A stretch of 64,000 bases of DNA from Trichinella spiralis (lineage: Eukaryota): assembly GCF_000181795.1 (NCBI RefSeq), contig NW_003526943.1, forward strand, positions 1,731,647 through 1,795,646. Direction: 5' to 3'. Of the stretch, positions 24,681-38,773 are shown piece by piece. The stretch's first letter is position 1, and the number at the start of each line of letters is the position of its first letter. Under the pieces are notes generated by a model. That model was not told the DNA's origin. It ran no database searches and worked only from the letters and a program-made list of their open reading frames with translations. The position numbers were made by a program, and so were the translations under genes.

Positions 24681-25030
24681 TAAACATTACAGAATAATAT
24701 AATATATATACCATTGCAATGCTTATTTATTATTATATCCATTTAAAAGTTTGTTCATCACTTTTCTTGGGAAGTTATTTAATTTTGAGGGAAAAAATCT
24801 TTTTTTTTATTGGTTGTTATTATGAGAAATAAAATTTTCAATTATGAACAATTGTTGTTCTGCTATTTCAATCGCTTAAGTGAGGATGTGTTTTAGGACA
24901 AGAACAAAATCGAATGTATAAAATAATAATTTTACTTTCAAACCTCTCTCATCGATCGATTAAAAAAAGGCAAAGTCAGTTAGTTGGGTTAGACGGAACA
25001 ACCATGCACACCAGCCAGTCGGAAAAACAT

Positions 25031-25617
25031 TAAAAAGGGAAATCAAGTATTAAATGAGAAAGTGTTTTTACAATATTCGCCATCTTGATCGCAATTTCAC
25101 GCATTATCGTGAACTGGATGTGCATTGATTCTATTTCCCATTCCAATATCAGCATCTGGTCAGCGTCCTTCCCATCAGCTCTTTTGAAATACGGCAAAAC
25201 TGGTGGCTGAAAATTCCAAATTCACTCATTCCATTATTTAGGAAAAAAATACATATTCAAAGCAGAAAATCCAACTTTTTTTCTACAACTTACCAATATT
25301 TCTTTTTCAAAGAGCGATTCGCCAACGTCTGAAAAGAAATGCATTTCCACAGGTCCGCTTGCATTGATCGCCGTGATCATCATCACCGCTTCCTTCCAAG
25401 CATCCTAAAAATTTTTTTTTTCAAAAAAAAGTTCATTTCATCATATATGAAAGAAAAAGAACAACAGTGTTGTGAAAACGCAATTTTCCCGTAGTGACGC
25501 ACAGCCCCCTTTGAAATGCACATGCGAAACACGCTTCCGACTCTGTTCCTTCACATGAACAACGCAACGGCATCATTTTACCAATCATTTTGTCAGTTCT
25601 CTCGTGTGCATCATCGC
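25031..25617 (-). other. Orphan exon-like segments (possible small gene or extended 3' region of the RanBP2-like gene)
   Basis: A 111-nt segment 25404-25294 is bounded by ttttag and gtaagt. A second segment after ttttcag (~25207) is open for 58 codons in phase 0. No recognisable homology. Confidence 0.3.
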
Positions 25618-26045
25618 CTGAACAAAAAATGCATCATCTTTTTATCATTTCAAATGCAGAAGAATATTAAAAACAAACAGAAAAGTAATAATCTGGTATT
25701 GATAGTTGTTTTATTTTAGAAAACATAAAGAAAAAAACCAGAAATATTCCCACATTAAATTCTTAAAATGCATTACAATAAGTAAGGAGCATTGCACATA
25801 CATTTTTACATATCTAAAGGTTCTCTAAACTGGGAAATGGAAAAGGAGAGAAAAAAATTCAAGTCTCATTAGAATAAATGAAAAAAAAAATTGAAATTCC
25901 AACATTTCACTCATTGAAATAACAAAAAAAGCTTAATGCAATGCGTGGAAAACAAAAAATTCTATATATTCGGAATGATACAAAAAAACGACAGATGCAA
26001 TGATTAATATGAGTACAGAGGTAAAGGGTTAATTGCAAAAAAAAT

Positions 26046-29000
26046 TTAATTACTCTTCTTCTCTGCTGAATCGACATTTTTCCACTCATTTTGTTGTCCT
26101 TTCTGTTCTTCTATCTCCTCCTCATCCTCCTCCTCCTCCTCCTCTCTCAATTCGTTCTCCACATCGATGTCATCCCTAACAGTATGACAACAAACACATG
26201 CTAGTACATTCGGCTGATTCAGCTCCAGACAGGTTACACATCTCCAACATTGGAGGTCCGGCTTCAATTTATCCAACAAACAGCTATCTGTTCCATTATT
26301 CAAATCTTCATCTCGTTCAGCTTCAAGATCTGGTTCACTGTCAGCAGTTAACAGTTTAGCCTGGTGAATTGCTTCCATGAAATCTTTCACAGCTTCGACA
26401 TTTTTAAATTTGGCAGCCAGAGTCTCTTCGATCAATTCGTTGTCAACGAAATTTCTGCACTGCCAAATGCAGAGCCGATCGTTGCGCTCCGATATTTGTA
26501 TTTTCATTTGTTTGGTAACGTAATGATTGACAACAACTTTCAACACCTTCTCCTGACGCATCACAAGTCTGTATTTGCCAGTCCGTTTGTTACGCAACAG
26601 CTTCAAATCACCAGCACCACGTTCTTTGTACTCCTTCAAATCGGACGCGTATCTGTATAATTTACAACGCTGCTTCAATATCAATTCGTCATTTTCTTCG
26701 CCAGTAACCACATCCACCTTATCCGGCAATGGTATCACTGGCTTGAAAACAAAATCACATTCTTCTTCAATGCTATCATTTGCTGAGTATGAATGTTTCT
26801 CCGTTTCTGCATCTTCATCATTCTGTTTATTTTTAATACTACCGTCATCATTCGTTTCCTTAAAAAGTAAAGCAAATTATATACACTTATATACGAATAA
26901 ACATCGATTCATACCTCTTTCTTTGTGGTTGATAACCACGATCCAGCTTGATTAAGTGCTGCCAAAGCACCAAAGCCCCACGATTTCGAGTCCTAAAATA
27001 TTTCATTGCAAGATGCACGTAAATATATACACTAACAATGGACATAACTGAACTGAGCACAACACTTACAAGTAGACTTGATTTATCTCCATTTTGCATT
27101 TTTAATGAAAATGCATTTTCTTTGCTAGATATATCTGATTTCGCTTGTCCTAATCCAAATCCAAAAAACAGACTTTTCGATGCTGCATCTGCCTGGTCAT
27201 TATTGACTTGATTCGATGCCAAATTAGCATCTGATGTCTTTTTCATTGAATTCATATCAAAATTTTCAGTCTTGAAATTGAAAGTTTCCGGTTTCAAACT
27301 GAACCCAGTTGTCAATTTTGGTTGCGGAAAATTAAATTTCACTTGCGCATCTGCATTCGGCATCTTATTGTTTTCTTCAGCAGATTTTGTTGTTGACAAA
27401 GATGAAAAAGTGAAAAATGCAGATGAAAGATTATTTGACTGCAAACTTTCGGTTTTCGACTGACCACCACCTAACACTGATCGCTGCTTCTCATCAGCAG
27501 ATGACTTGCCGAATATGAAATCAACATCGCCAATCGCTGATTTCTTCTCCTCTTTCACCGGCATCTGCTCGTTCTTTACCGGTGAAAACGGCTTCGGTTG
27601 ACTCACTTCCACAACCTTTACCGGATTAGATGTTTCCTTTCTAATTTTGCCAAGCTGCTTTTCAATGGTCAGTTTAAATTCATTAGCCGCGTCCGATGAT
27701 GTAAACAACGCGGCCAGCGTGGTCGGCTTCATCTCGCCGTCGGAAAAATCCAAACATTGCCAACAATAAGAACGCAAACCTTTCGGCTTCAGTTCGAAAT
27801 CGGCGTCAATGTAATGATTGGCGGCAAGTTTGTGCACATGCTCTCGACGCATCACCAACCGCAATTTGCCAGTATCACCACTGCGCAAAATCTTCAACTC
27901 GCCCACGCCCCGTTCTTTGTATTCTTTCAAATCGAAGTCAAAACGGTACAATTTCACTCGGTCTTGGAAAAGCACCTCTTCGCCCTCTTCGCCAGTTTTC
28001 AAATCCACAAGATCAGGCAAAGCAATCACCGGCTCGAAGTATATATCCGGCTCATCTTCTCCAGACGACACGTCTTCATTTCCCGGACTAATCTTCGTGC
28101 TCGTAAGAGAATCACCCTGTCCAATTACTTCTTTTACTGGTGATTTGCATTCAACAGGTAAAATTGGCATTTTCTTTAAAACAGCTTCAGAATTTGGTGG
28201 TGCTTTTTCACTTTGCAAATAACATTCTTTTAAAGTAAAGCTGAATTCTTTTCTCGACAAATCTTCCAAGACGACAGATTTTTCATGGGATGGAGGTTTT
28301 GCGTTATTGGTAGGCAAATGAAAATTGCTGGCTTTCGCTGGTACTCCAGTTTGCAAACGGGTCGCTGTTGACGATGCCAATGTTGATAAATGTTGAAGAG
28401 CATTTCCAAACTGTTGAAGGTGACTTCCCACTTTCTCAATATGTTCCTATATAAAAAACAAAATTTGTAAAACGATTCACAGAACTGCATTTCGCTTACA
28501 TCAAATTTACACAGCCTTTCCAAAACTCGATCCATCTTATCAGCCATTTTTCCACACGTAGCAAGTAAATCTTTCGAAACGTTCAAGGAATCCTTTGCTA
28601 TCAAAACCTAAAGCATTATTTATTTCAGATTATTTAAAATTTGAATCAACTGTCATAAATGCTTTATTAAATTTTAAAACATTTAATCTGTACTAAAAAT
28701 ATATATATTACCACTATATACATATATTACAATGACAAATACGCTTGAAATCTTTAAAATACATGTAATCAACTGCATTAAATCTACTCTAAAATAATCA
28801 ACCTCTTAAAAATAGCCACTAACTTACTGTGGAAATAAGTTTTCAGATAATGCTTAACTGTTGCTACGTCCTGATTTATACCTTGTGTGCAAACATACCA
28901 CATAAAATCATTTTCAAATTTATAAATACATAAAATTAACAAAAACAATAAATTATAGTTTTCATAAATTATGCAACTATTTAAACTGCAACGAATTAAA

Positions 29001-29287
29001 ACCAGTTCTATTCATTTAAAGCATACATTCCAAATAAAAAACAATTACAAAAAATAAAGAATTAACATTGCAAAAACAATCATAATCATGAAATCATTAA
29101 CAAAAAATTTTAAATAAACCAACCATACTCAAAAATACTACATTTATTAAACGTATAACATAGTTACTTGATTAACTTTCTCTGCTTCACCGATTTTCTC
29201 CGCTGTTTGCAAATTTTCCATTTTTTGACACAGGTCTTTCAGACGTTCATTTTGTAAAGTTAGTTGAACAACTAGATTACAATCCAT
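26046..29287 (-). CDS. npp-9: RanBP2/Nup358-like nucleoporin with two RanBD1 domains, FG-type linker and RanBP2 zinc finger
   Basis: FEPVIALPDLVDLKTGEEGEEVLF..KLYRF..KERGVGELKIL and a second copy TGEENDE..KLYRY..KERGAGDLKLL; zinc finger WRCVTCLELNQPNVLACVCC. In-frame upstream exons start from the ATG at 29287. Confidence 0.85.
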
Positions 29288-30280
29288 ATTCCTGAAGATA
29301 CATTACATATAAAATAACAATCAATTAATGACAAACAATTAAAAATGAAACAAATCACTTTTAATCTTACAAAGTACTTCTACACTATTATCTGTAGTGA
29401 CTACATTATTCAATACCATTTCAGTTTGAATTAAAATGCATTAAGTACCAATTATTATGCAACAAAAACGCTTATGTTGCATATTTTCAAAGAAAAATTT
29501 AAAATAATAAAATATAAAGCATAATGACTAAAATTAAGCAAATAAAAATGCTTTAAGTCAACATACAAAAGTTATATACAAATTTGATTACCCTTGGCTA
29601 AGGCTTATAGCTGTAAATTTAAACACTCTAAAAAAATAATAATAATGTATACCTATGTGAAAAATGATGTAAAGATATCAAAAGAAGAACAAAATTCGGG
29701 AAACGTACGTCAAACACAAACACGGTAGTTACGTACAGTATGCATAAAGCATCATCATCTTTAACCTGAATAAATTAATAACTAAAGTAAACTATGTAAA
29801 TACTTTGCAAAATCTTTGTAAATATAATTAAAGAATTATAAATTTGTAAGCATGTAATTTTATTAACAATTTTGAATCACTTTCAACAATTTCAAACGTT
29901 TTGATTTATGCCCAATTTTTTAAATTCAACATTCATTTAGTCATTTTAAATTTAAAATTGGTCTATAATGTTTTATAAAATGGAATAATAAATGTTTTAT
30001 GCAATTCATTTTATTTTACTTTATGTGCTGATAAATTTGATCATCATTTAAAGTCTACCGTAATTTGACTTTTGCTCTATCGACATTAAGTTTCATAGTA
30101 TCTTGTTTATTAAATTATAATTAAATAAAATTTTAAATTTAAAGAATAAAATGAGGAAATTTTGTAATTTTTAAAAAATAAATTTAATATTATTTCTGCT
30201 TGAGTTTTATTTTACTGTAATGATCATTTGATCGTTTTTTGTTTTATGGTAGTTGTTGTTGATCACAGCAAGTGTTCAGG

Positions 30281-31838
30281 ATGAGTAATAACAGTTCTGA
30301 AAATGAAGCTACACAGAAAACGAATATTTTAAAAGAGTTTGTTAAACAACTGTTAACTGATACTTTTTAAATATAACTACTTTAGGGTATATTTGCAGAA
30401 GCGGAAATTGCTTACCCAAGAAAGTGAGAGGTTGTTCGAAGGGAAAAATGACGAGTATAACAGTTTTTGCGCAGAGGTAGATAGAAAATTAGAAGAAAGA
30501 AAGAATTTCATTTTGCGTGCAGCTCAAACTGAAGTAAGAAATTTTTATGAAATTTATTACGAGCCAAATTTTGCTATAATTTGTTTTTATGATTAGTATT
30601 TATTTTCTTTAAAATGAAATGTATAATTTTCATTATTAGTAAAATTATTTTAGGAAGATCTGATTAATGCGACCTACCGAATGACTGTGAAAAAACTTAT
30701 TGAAGACTACGGAGTATGGTGTTTTATGCCGTTCTATTTAACAGTTATTAACAATCACTTTTTAATTTAACATTAACAATTATTAACAATCAGAAATTGT
30801 GTCTTTAAGCAAAAATGTTTTATAATGCATAACGTTAGAGATTATAGAGTAATTAAATCTGATGTGTTTATAGTATGTATAATATATTTTTATGTACTAA
30901 TTTTTGTTTTTTGTTGGGCAATTTGTAAATGATATTTTGATTTGTTACACGGTTATGCAAATGGTTGAATTACAAAAAATGAATTTCAAGACTTAAAATT
31001 CTGTATTATGATAGTTAGATTATTTTTGTTCCATGTTATTAAAATTTGCAGTAAATTTCTATATTAAACTGTCTAAATTAATTGGCGAGCGATTTACCAT
31101 AATGAATCAATTTTTAGCAAGCACTAGTGGCATTAAAGCAGTCGGTATTAGATAAACTGGATGATGAACGATCGCAAATCGAAGACGAATATTTGAATGA
31201 CGACATAGGTAAAAATTTAATTGTTCAGCTAATAATTTCTTGGGCAGAAATATAAGTGATGCATGCATGATGATTTCCGAATTTCTAGCGCTGGAGTAAA
31301 AATAGAAAAATCAATATGTTGTGGTATTCGAATTATACTTTTAAGTCGATGTTTTTTAAATTATTATTTTTTAAATAATTATTTGGTTATCTTGAGCTTG
31401 AAAAATTTTCAGGTGTATTTGAATTTGGGACGTTTTTTAGCAGACGATCGTAAAGGTACTGCATTTGTCAGTCAAAAAAGAAAGCTACGCCGTCGCGCCG
31501 CTGAAGATGGTTCTCCTACAAAAGAAATTGCAGTGGATGAAAGACCACCAATGATGGTTCATCAGCTTTCCGAGGAATCTATTATGCAAGATATCATGGC
31601 TATCAGGCGAAATATGGCTTCTTCTCGGCTTCCCAAACAAGCGATCCAGTTTCAACTTCCTAATCTACCTTCCACCTCACGATCGACAAATCATTTTGAT
31701 TTGAATGATCTTAACTTAGACGATGATGACGCCGTGGATAAATTTTTGCGGTATAGTTATATTTTATTACTTTTTTTTAATTTTATTTATCTAGCATTTT
31801 TTAGGGAAAGATTAAATATCAATTTCCCAGAAAAGTGA
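30281..31838 (+). CDS. Sds3/BRMS1-like Sin3-HDAC complex subunit (~6 exons)
   Basis: Coiled-coil exons (YLQKRKLL..EGKNDEY), KRKLRRR, and PPMMVHQLSEESIMQDIMAIR, resembling BRMS1 PYIVYML..ILEDW..IRK. Confidence 0.7.
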
Positions 31839-34800
31839 GTGAAGCGTCTGTCAGTATATTTGGGTATTCTAATATTGTGTTGTAGTTTTTACAAAAGTTT
31901 TATTTCATCTTTTAAACAGTTATGGAGCAGTGAAATAAAATCATACTTGCGCATGATAAGCATAAATGCGCATACCTTGTAAAATTTATGCGCGCTTAAA
32001 AACTTATATAAAGAAATATTTAAATTGTTTTATACAGTGTATGTGTATATAGTGTGTATATGAAATATATAAAAAGTATGTAATATGTGCAACTTGGAAA
32101 ATTTTATTATCATGTGTTTTTATTTTACAGTGTAATGGAAAGTGGAATACTTATTTTGAACATAAAACATCAAAAATTGATTTTTAGTCGTTATTTAATA
32201 AAATGCTGGTAGTTTTAGCTGAAAAAAAATTTTATTTTTTAATTCAAGGTATTTTCAAAATCACGTTTAAAAGCCATTAATAGGTTTAACATATATTTGG
32301 AATAATTAATTTTGATTCTGTTCCGATTATTTATATAATTTAAAGTGTGTTCAAAAAATTTAAAAAGCATAGACGGTTTATCATGTAAATAAATAAATAT
32401 ACGTATGTGGAGCAAAGAATTGTATAATCTTTGTTAAGCATATTAAATCTTTATAATTTTTTTACTTTGCTTATTTGAATACAATGAATTATTTGTTTTC
32501 ATTATGCGAAATGCTTTTATATTTTAAATCAGAAAAAAATTTTTCTTATTTTCGTAAATTATAATCTTTTTCAGATTATTTTTCATGAACCTTTTAAATA
32601 TGATTTAAAGTAATTAGTTTATTTCAATTTGTTCAAAATTCTCATTATTTTCATAAATTATTAAATAATTTATTATTATGAAATATAGTTGTCAGACATT
32701 AATTTTATTTGAAGAGTATGTTGTAAATATATGAAGTTGTTTTATGAATTCTGCTTTGTTTTTTTCTTTGAAAAATGCACAATCGTGATCACTGTATAGA
32801 AGAAGGAAGTACAATCAATAAAGCACTTATTTCAGTATATACCTGGATAACAGTTTTAATTAAAAGGAAGACATTTAGATAAACTTAAAACTTTAATGCT
32901 TTAGATAACTATTATTATTAAAAAAACTACCTAACTGTTGTGTTCGTATTTTTATTTGAAAGTATTTGTTTAATTTAAATTTTTGTAACATTAAAATTGT
33001 TTTTAAATTAAGAAAAGTATTGCAGATTTTAAAAAAGTAAAAAATATTTCAGTTGCTGATGAAAGTGTTTATAAAATTATGTGAAGTTAGACGTGAGTTC
33101 TCTTTTTTGGTCAGTTTAGATGTAATAATTTTATTTATTCATTTTTTTTAATAGAAATTCATTAAATTGTAAGGTTTGTTTTCATTAAAGAAATTAGCAA
33201 AGTTTTTCTCGTGATAAATGTAAAGGATGTAAATTTTAATTTGCACGATAATGGAGTTTTTAATGCAATTATAAAGCTGTATAACATAACATAAAAATAA
33301 AGCATTGGTTGTTTTAGGGGAAGTTTTTATTTATTTCCCAATTTACTTATTTTTATATTTGATTATAATGTTAATTTCATAGAAGGATTTTTTTTCTTTC
33401 AAAATTGCATTTTAGTGTCAATAAGATGTGCAGTTAACATTTACATCTTTAATTAAAGTATTAATATAATTTCACGTAATGAAAATTGAATAGCCAAAAT
33501 ATGATTTAAATTATTTAGAAGATACGAAATTGAATTTAAAAATGAAGTGAATTTTTAGTTCAGCTTCAGTTGAACCTTTGTTGAAAATTTATGAATTATT
33601 TAACTGAATTATAGAATTGAGATTCAATTTTCATACTTGCTTAAGCAAAGTCCGATATGCGATATTGTAATTGTGCATTGTTTTAATTGGTTGGTTCAAT
33701 TAAAGCTGAATTGTCACCATATTTTAATATCTGTTCAACATTGAACATCTTTGATTGAACGGATTGTTTTTCAACCATCATATATGTACTTTTAATGAAT
33801 TATAAAATCAGTGCACCGTGAAGAAGAATTCACACTGGCAGGTATAAATTATCCAGTTCTTGGACTAAAATTGGAAAAATTAAATTATCATCGATCGTTT
33901 TGAACAGCAAAATTATAATTATTGACTTTGTGCATCTAGTATGGAAATTTCTATTTTCTCCAAATGCGGATGTTTACCATCTAAGAATACGGATCTGAAA
34001 ATATTGTTTGCAAATCAAAATTTGTTTTCCGAAGCAAAACGACTGATAAAATGCAAGACGTAATAAAAAAATATTCTTTAGCATGCTGTTTTATTCTTTG
34101 CTTTTTAAATATCTGAGAATATTATTTAAAATTTTTTTCCCGTTTTTTATATTAATTTTTAGTAATGCGTTGAGGTAGTAGATCCTTTTTTGCTTTCTTT
34201 GCTCAATTTGAAATAATGATTTTATTAACTTTTCAACATTTTTGAATGCATGATGATTGTATATTTATGCGAATATGATATATGTTTTTCTATATAAAAG
34301 TTGAACTTTTCCATGTAAATTAGCATTACCAATAAGTATTATTTTTATAATTATGACAGTAATTTTTAATTTCATTTTAAAATTGAGGAAGGTTTGTGCC
34401 CAGAAACAAAAGCACAGAATTACAAAAAATGTTTACTTTTTAAATTAATTATTTAAAAGTTTAATTAATACAATAGTGGGATGAAAGCTTGAATGAGAAT
34501 GTTCAATTGGAGAAACATTTTTTGAAATATGAGAAAGTTTTGCTACAGTACAATTAATCCAGTTGTTAGTGTTTAATTATTCTAAACTGACAACGTGAAC
34601 AATTAAGTTGACAAGTTTAATTAATCATCAAGTTTATCTGTTTCCAACACTCCAATTTTTTTCTGTTTCATCGAACTGCTTTACGGTTGCTAAAGAAATA
34701 TTCAATTAAACATTTTAAAAAAGGTAATAAATTTACCCATCACCTATGAAAATATGCAATTTTTTATTGATATTGTAAGGTATTGAAATATCGAAGCAAA

Positions 34801-35705
34801 CATGCTCATACTCATTTGTGATCTTTATGCTGTCATTAAAGTAATTTAACTCCATTTTACTCTACATTTCACGGACTTACAATAAAATCAATAAGTGAAA
34901 GTTTTTTTATATAATAAAAAAGAGTTACATAAGCTTCTACTGTTCTATTCATCATCTGAATGTGGGCTTTGCATTGACAATAAACTGTTGAAATACGTTT
35001 CTATCACAAAATAACCGAGTAAAATTGTCATATTCTTTTTTTTAATTAGTAATTCGATCTAAATCTATATTACATTTGCATATGATAGATATGAAAATTT
35101 ACGATGTTTCTACTAATTCATAGCAACTGTGTGCAATGAAGAATAATTACAATTTAGTTGTGAAAATTTTCAAAATGTATTTTCATTTGCAAGGTGATTC
35201 ACTGTGAAATGATCAGTTGAAGTAAGTAAGGAAGTATCGCAGAGCAGCTATAATTGTCCAACGACTAAATAAATGTTGCATGGATATCAGATAGAATGAA
35301 TGGCAAGTACGAAGTTTTTGAAAGTGACGTTATTAGCGCTTTAGCATTGATGGATTGGTTGATTAATTTTTTATTGCAACGATGATAATTTTTCTCAATT
35401 GTTTAAATGAATTATTAAATTATTGTTCAAAACTTTTAGCTGACGAGCACTTGGATTGACATTGCCGAAACATTTCCTAACTACAAAGAACGATAGATCC
35501 GAGATCTACGATTTCTAGTTCCATTGAATGGAGGCGAAATGTTCAATGACAACTGCTGCTGCAACTTTCTTTTTTGCTATTAATTTTTTAATTTCCATTT
35601 TTTCCTCCATTGAAAGTTGTTTTGTTGACAAAATCAATCTGAACATCTTTCATCTATGCAACAAACGACAGTAAGTTTTACAACATCCGCTTTCACTGTT
35701 GCTTT

Positions 35706-37966
35706 ATGGAATTGCAAGCATTGGTCCATGAAGTGGCGAACAATGCGTGCCAAAATTCATGCGATTTGCCAGAAGTTGTCGAAAATGATATCAATTCATA
35801 TCCAACTTTCCTTCTTATCCAAGCACTGCTAGGCGTTTGCAATTTTTTTTGCAATACATTGCTTTTTATCACTGTTTTGTTGAAGAAGAAAAGAAACAGG
35901 ATGGACAGATTTCTTGGAGGTAGGTATTCTTGGAAATTTACAAGTTTACAATTTGTTTTTTGTTTTGAATATTAATTTATGTAATTTATAAGTTATTTTG
36001 TTACGGAAAATCAGTTTTCATTTAATAAATTGTAAAGAATTTCAATTTATTTATTTATTTATTTATTTGCATCTTTTGTTTTCTTTTGATGCATCCTTTG
36101 TAAAATTGGTAATGTGTAAATCAGAGTTAAATTAATAATTTATTAGAAATATTTATTCTTAAATGATAGTTTAATTCATTGATTTAATTTTTACGCTATA
36201 TTATATCTCTTATTTTTTAATTTAGATCGCTATCTGCAAGCTCATTTTACTATTAAATTATCAACTCAGACTAAGATAAATTCTATTTCACTTCTCCCAT
36301 TGGATACATTTGATAAAAGTTAATGAAACTTTAAACAGTTGGTTTGTTTAATTTTAAAGGTTGAATTGTACAAAAACTAATCTGTTAACATTTACGTTAA
36401 CATTTTTCTAGCAAATAATAAAGCAAAGCAAAAAATAAGTGATGCATGGAACTAATTTTCTGTGGAAAGAAAGCAGCATTATTATTAAATTTTATTATTT
36501 AAATTGGCATTTCAGTTCACTGAGTTGAATTTTAATCCACAACAAAGAAGTGGAATAAAACATATAAGTATGCTTTAAATTGTAATTTAGCTTTGTAATT
36601 GTAATCGTTAACAATAAGTGGCTATGCACCAAGTTGTTTATACGTGGTATTTTCACTACAGATTGTAGTGAAATCCTCGGCTTCTTAAAGCTTTTATTTA
36701 TTTAAGAAATTTATTCATAGTATTTTGTTTTCCAAAGTCTAAAATTTGTAATTTTTTGTATTTTGATTTGTGTACGTATGATTGTGTTCTTTTATGAGCA
36801 AACTTCACTTCTCTATTTTTATATGCTTTTATTTTTCTTAATACTTTTTCGTGCATAATTGCAAAGTGGTGGATGATATATTTTTGTTTAATAATCTTTT
36901 AATTGATAATAATTAGTGACATTTATTACTAATTTCATGCTTTTATTGACATATTATTTGAAAAAGTAAAACGTTATTTATAATTTTAAGTAGTACTTAA
37001 TTTTTAGCTGTCTATTTTTTCAATTAAAAATTTGATTTTATATTTTATGTTTAAATATATTTTATTTTATTTCAGCCTTGTATTTTTATTAAATTTGTTA
37101 AGCTTTTTTGTTAAAATATTTGAATGTTGAGATTTGTGCACTCTAAAAGTAATGTAGAAATTGAATATCGGAATGGCTATTTGAGAATTTTAGGCTATGC
37201 AATTGGTTCTTCTTTACTCGGACTTGGATACTGCACTGAATATGTGAAACCTTTGATTATTGGTGACAGCAAAAGAATGGTCTATCCGATCACTTGCATA
37301 CTAACGAGCCCGAACGTAATTTTATATGCTCTTGGTGACAATTTGACTTCTTTATCCATTTTACTTATGTCCATAAATTCATTCGTTGCAATAACTTTTA
37401 CAAATGTAAGCTTGAACGCTCGTCGTTGCTTGGATCGGGCAGTTGCTTTATATGTACTTTTCACCGTTGTTGATGCAACATGGTGTTGGATCAGCGCTTT
37501 AACAAAAAGTGATCATGAAATCAGCATCATGTGTGATTATCTGGAATGTGTCAGCGAAGCATATGTTATTTATCATCTATTTTGTGTTAGCTTTCTTGGC
37601 ACAATAAGCATAATGATTTACGTTTTTGCTTTATCAATGCTAATGCGCAGAAAGTCGAATTGTTCAGGTATACGGGCAATACAAATCAGACGTGAAGCGA
37701 CTGTAATGAAGCAAGTGTTATTCATTGTTCTTGTTACATTTCTATTTTTGAACTTGCCTAATTTATTGGAATTGCTTAGCATGCTGCATTCATTAAATGA
37801 CTTAATATCTGATAATTTCTGGATTATACAGCATATTGGCTTTTCGTTTGCAGCCGTTTATCGTATAAGCAGTGACTCCGGTCTGCGTGAGTCGCTGGCT
37901 AAAATTGTCTTTTGTTTCAACAAAGTTGATGCAGCCGTCATAAATCTGACTAGCCGGAGAATCTGA
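35706..37966 (+). CDS. Serpentine 7TM chemoreceptor-type GPCR (srsx-like), 2 exons
   Basis: Exon 35706-35919 (TM1, GVCNFFCN) splices to ~37194-37966. Seven hydrophobic helices, MSINSFVAITF at the DRY-equivalent position, and FLFLNLPN in TM6. Confidence 0.8.
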
Positions 37967-38773
37967 AATTCTATTGACCAATATTCATTGAAAAGAAATG
38001 CTCAATTAATCTTTCGCACAGTCTGATTCTGAACGCTGAGTTGTTTTCAATGAAGTTCATTATATCAATAAACAAGTACAAATACAAACAAATTTAGCTG
38101 ATTATTTTGCGCAACAAAGATATGTTTTTAAAATTAAATTTTCTGCATTCTACATATACATATATTTATAGATTCATATAGATGTTAATGTCAAATTTTT
38201 GAATTGTTTAGTTATAAGTAAGGAGCAAAATGAAATTTTAAAATACAATGATTAAAATTATATATATATATATATACGGAAGTTGCAATTCTAACAATTG
38301 TGAACATTTAATAATTATTTATTTTCTCACGTAAGCTTTTAGTCAAAAATGCTGTTTTGTTAAAGCAATCAGTTTACTAATAACAGAATGGAAATTATTT
38401 TTTTTGTTTATAAAGTATAACTCTAATTTTCATTATACTACTTTTAATATCTGCCAATTCATATATCTGTCAAATACTTTTAACTTTAATATAATAGTTT
38501 TTTTATTCAGTTTGCACAGAAAAAGGTAATAAGCATTGGATGCGTTGTTGGTTTTGTTTCACTTTTACTTTTGAATTTTTTCTTTTCTACTATCCACATC
38601 TCTTTTTTAAATAAACTTAATTAGCAAAAATATCCAATTTCACATTTTAACAAGCATTGCTCACTAATTATAAATTTCTTTTTTCAATTGTGAAAGCAGA
38701 AAATAGGGCCTTAAGCTGAATAATTCTTGTTCATTTATCTTGATTACGTTAAGAAGGCCATTAATAATTAATA

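Noticed and set aside
24457..24714. ORF-track ORFs 24460-24702 (+) and 24457-24714 (-)
   Set aside because: Shadow frames of the repetitive RD/RS-coding last exon of U1-70K.
26364..28222. Plus-strand ORFs of 63-134 aa
   Set aside because: Antisense shadows of the RanBD1 exons.
26046..29287. RanBP2-like protein lacks TPR, E3 and cyclophilin domains
   Set aside because: Short Nup358 forms are normal in nematodes (NPP-9), so this is not novel.
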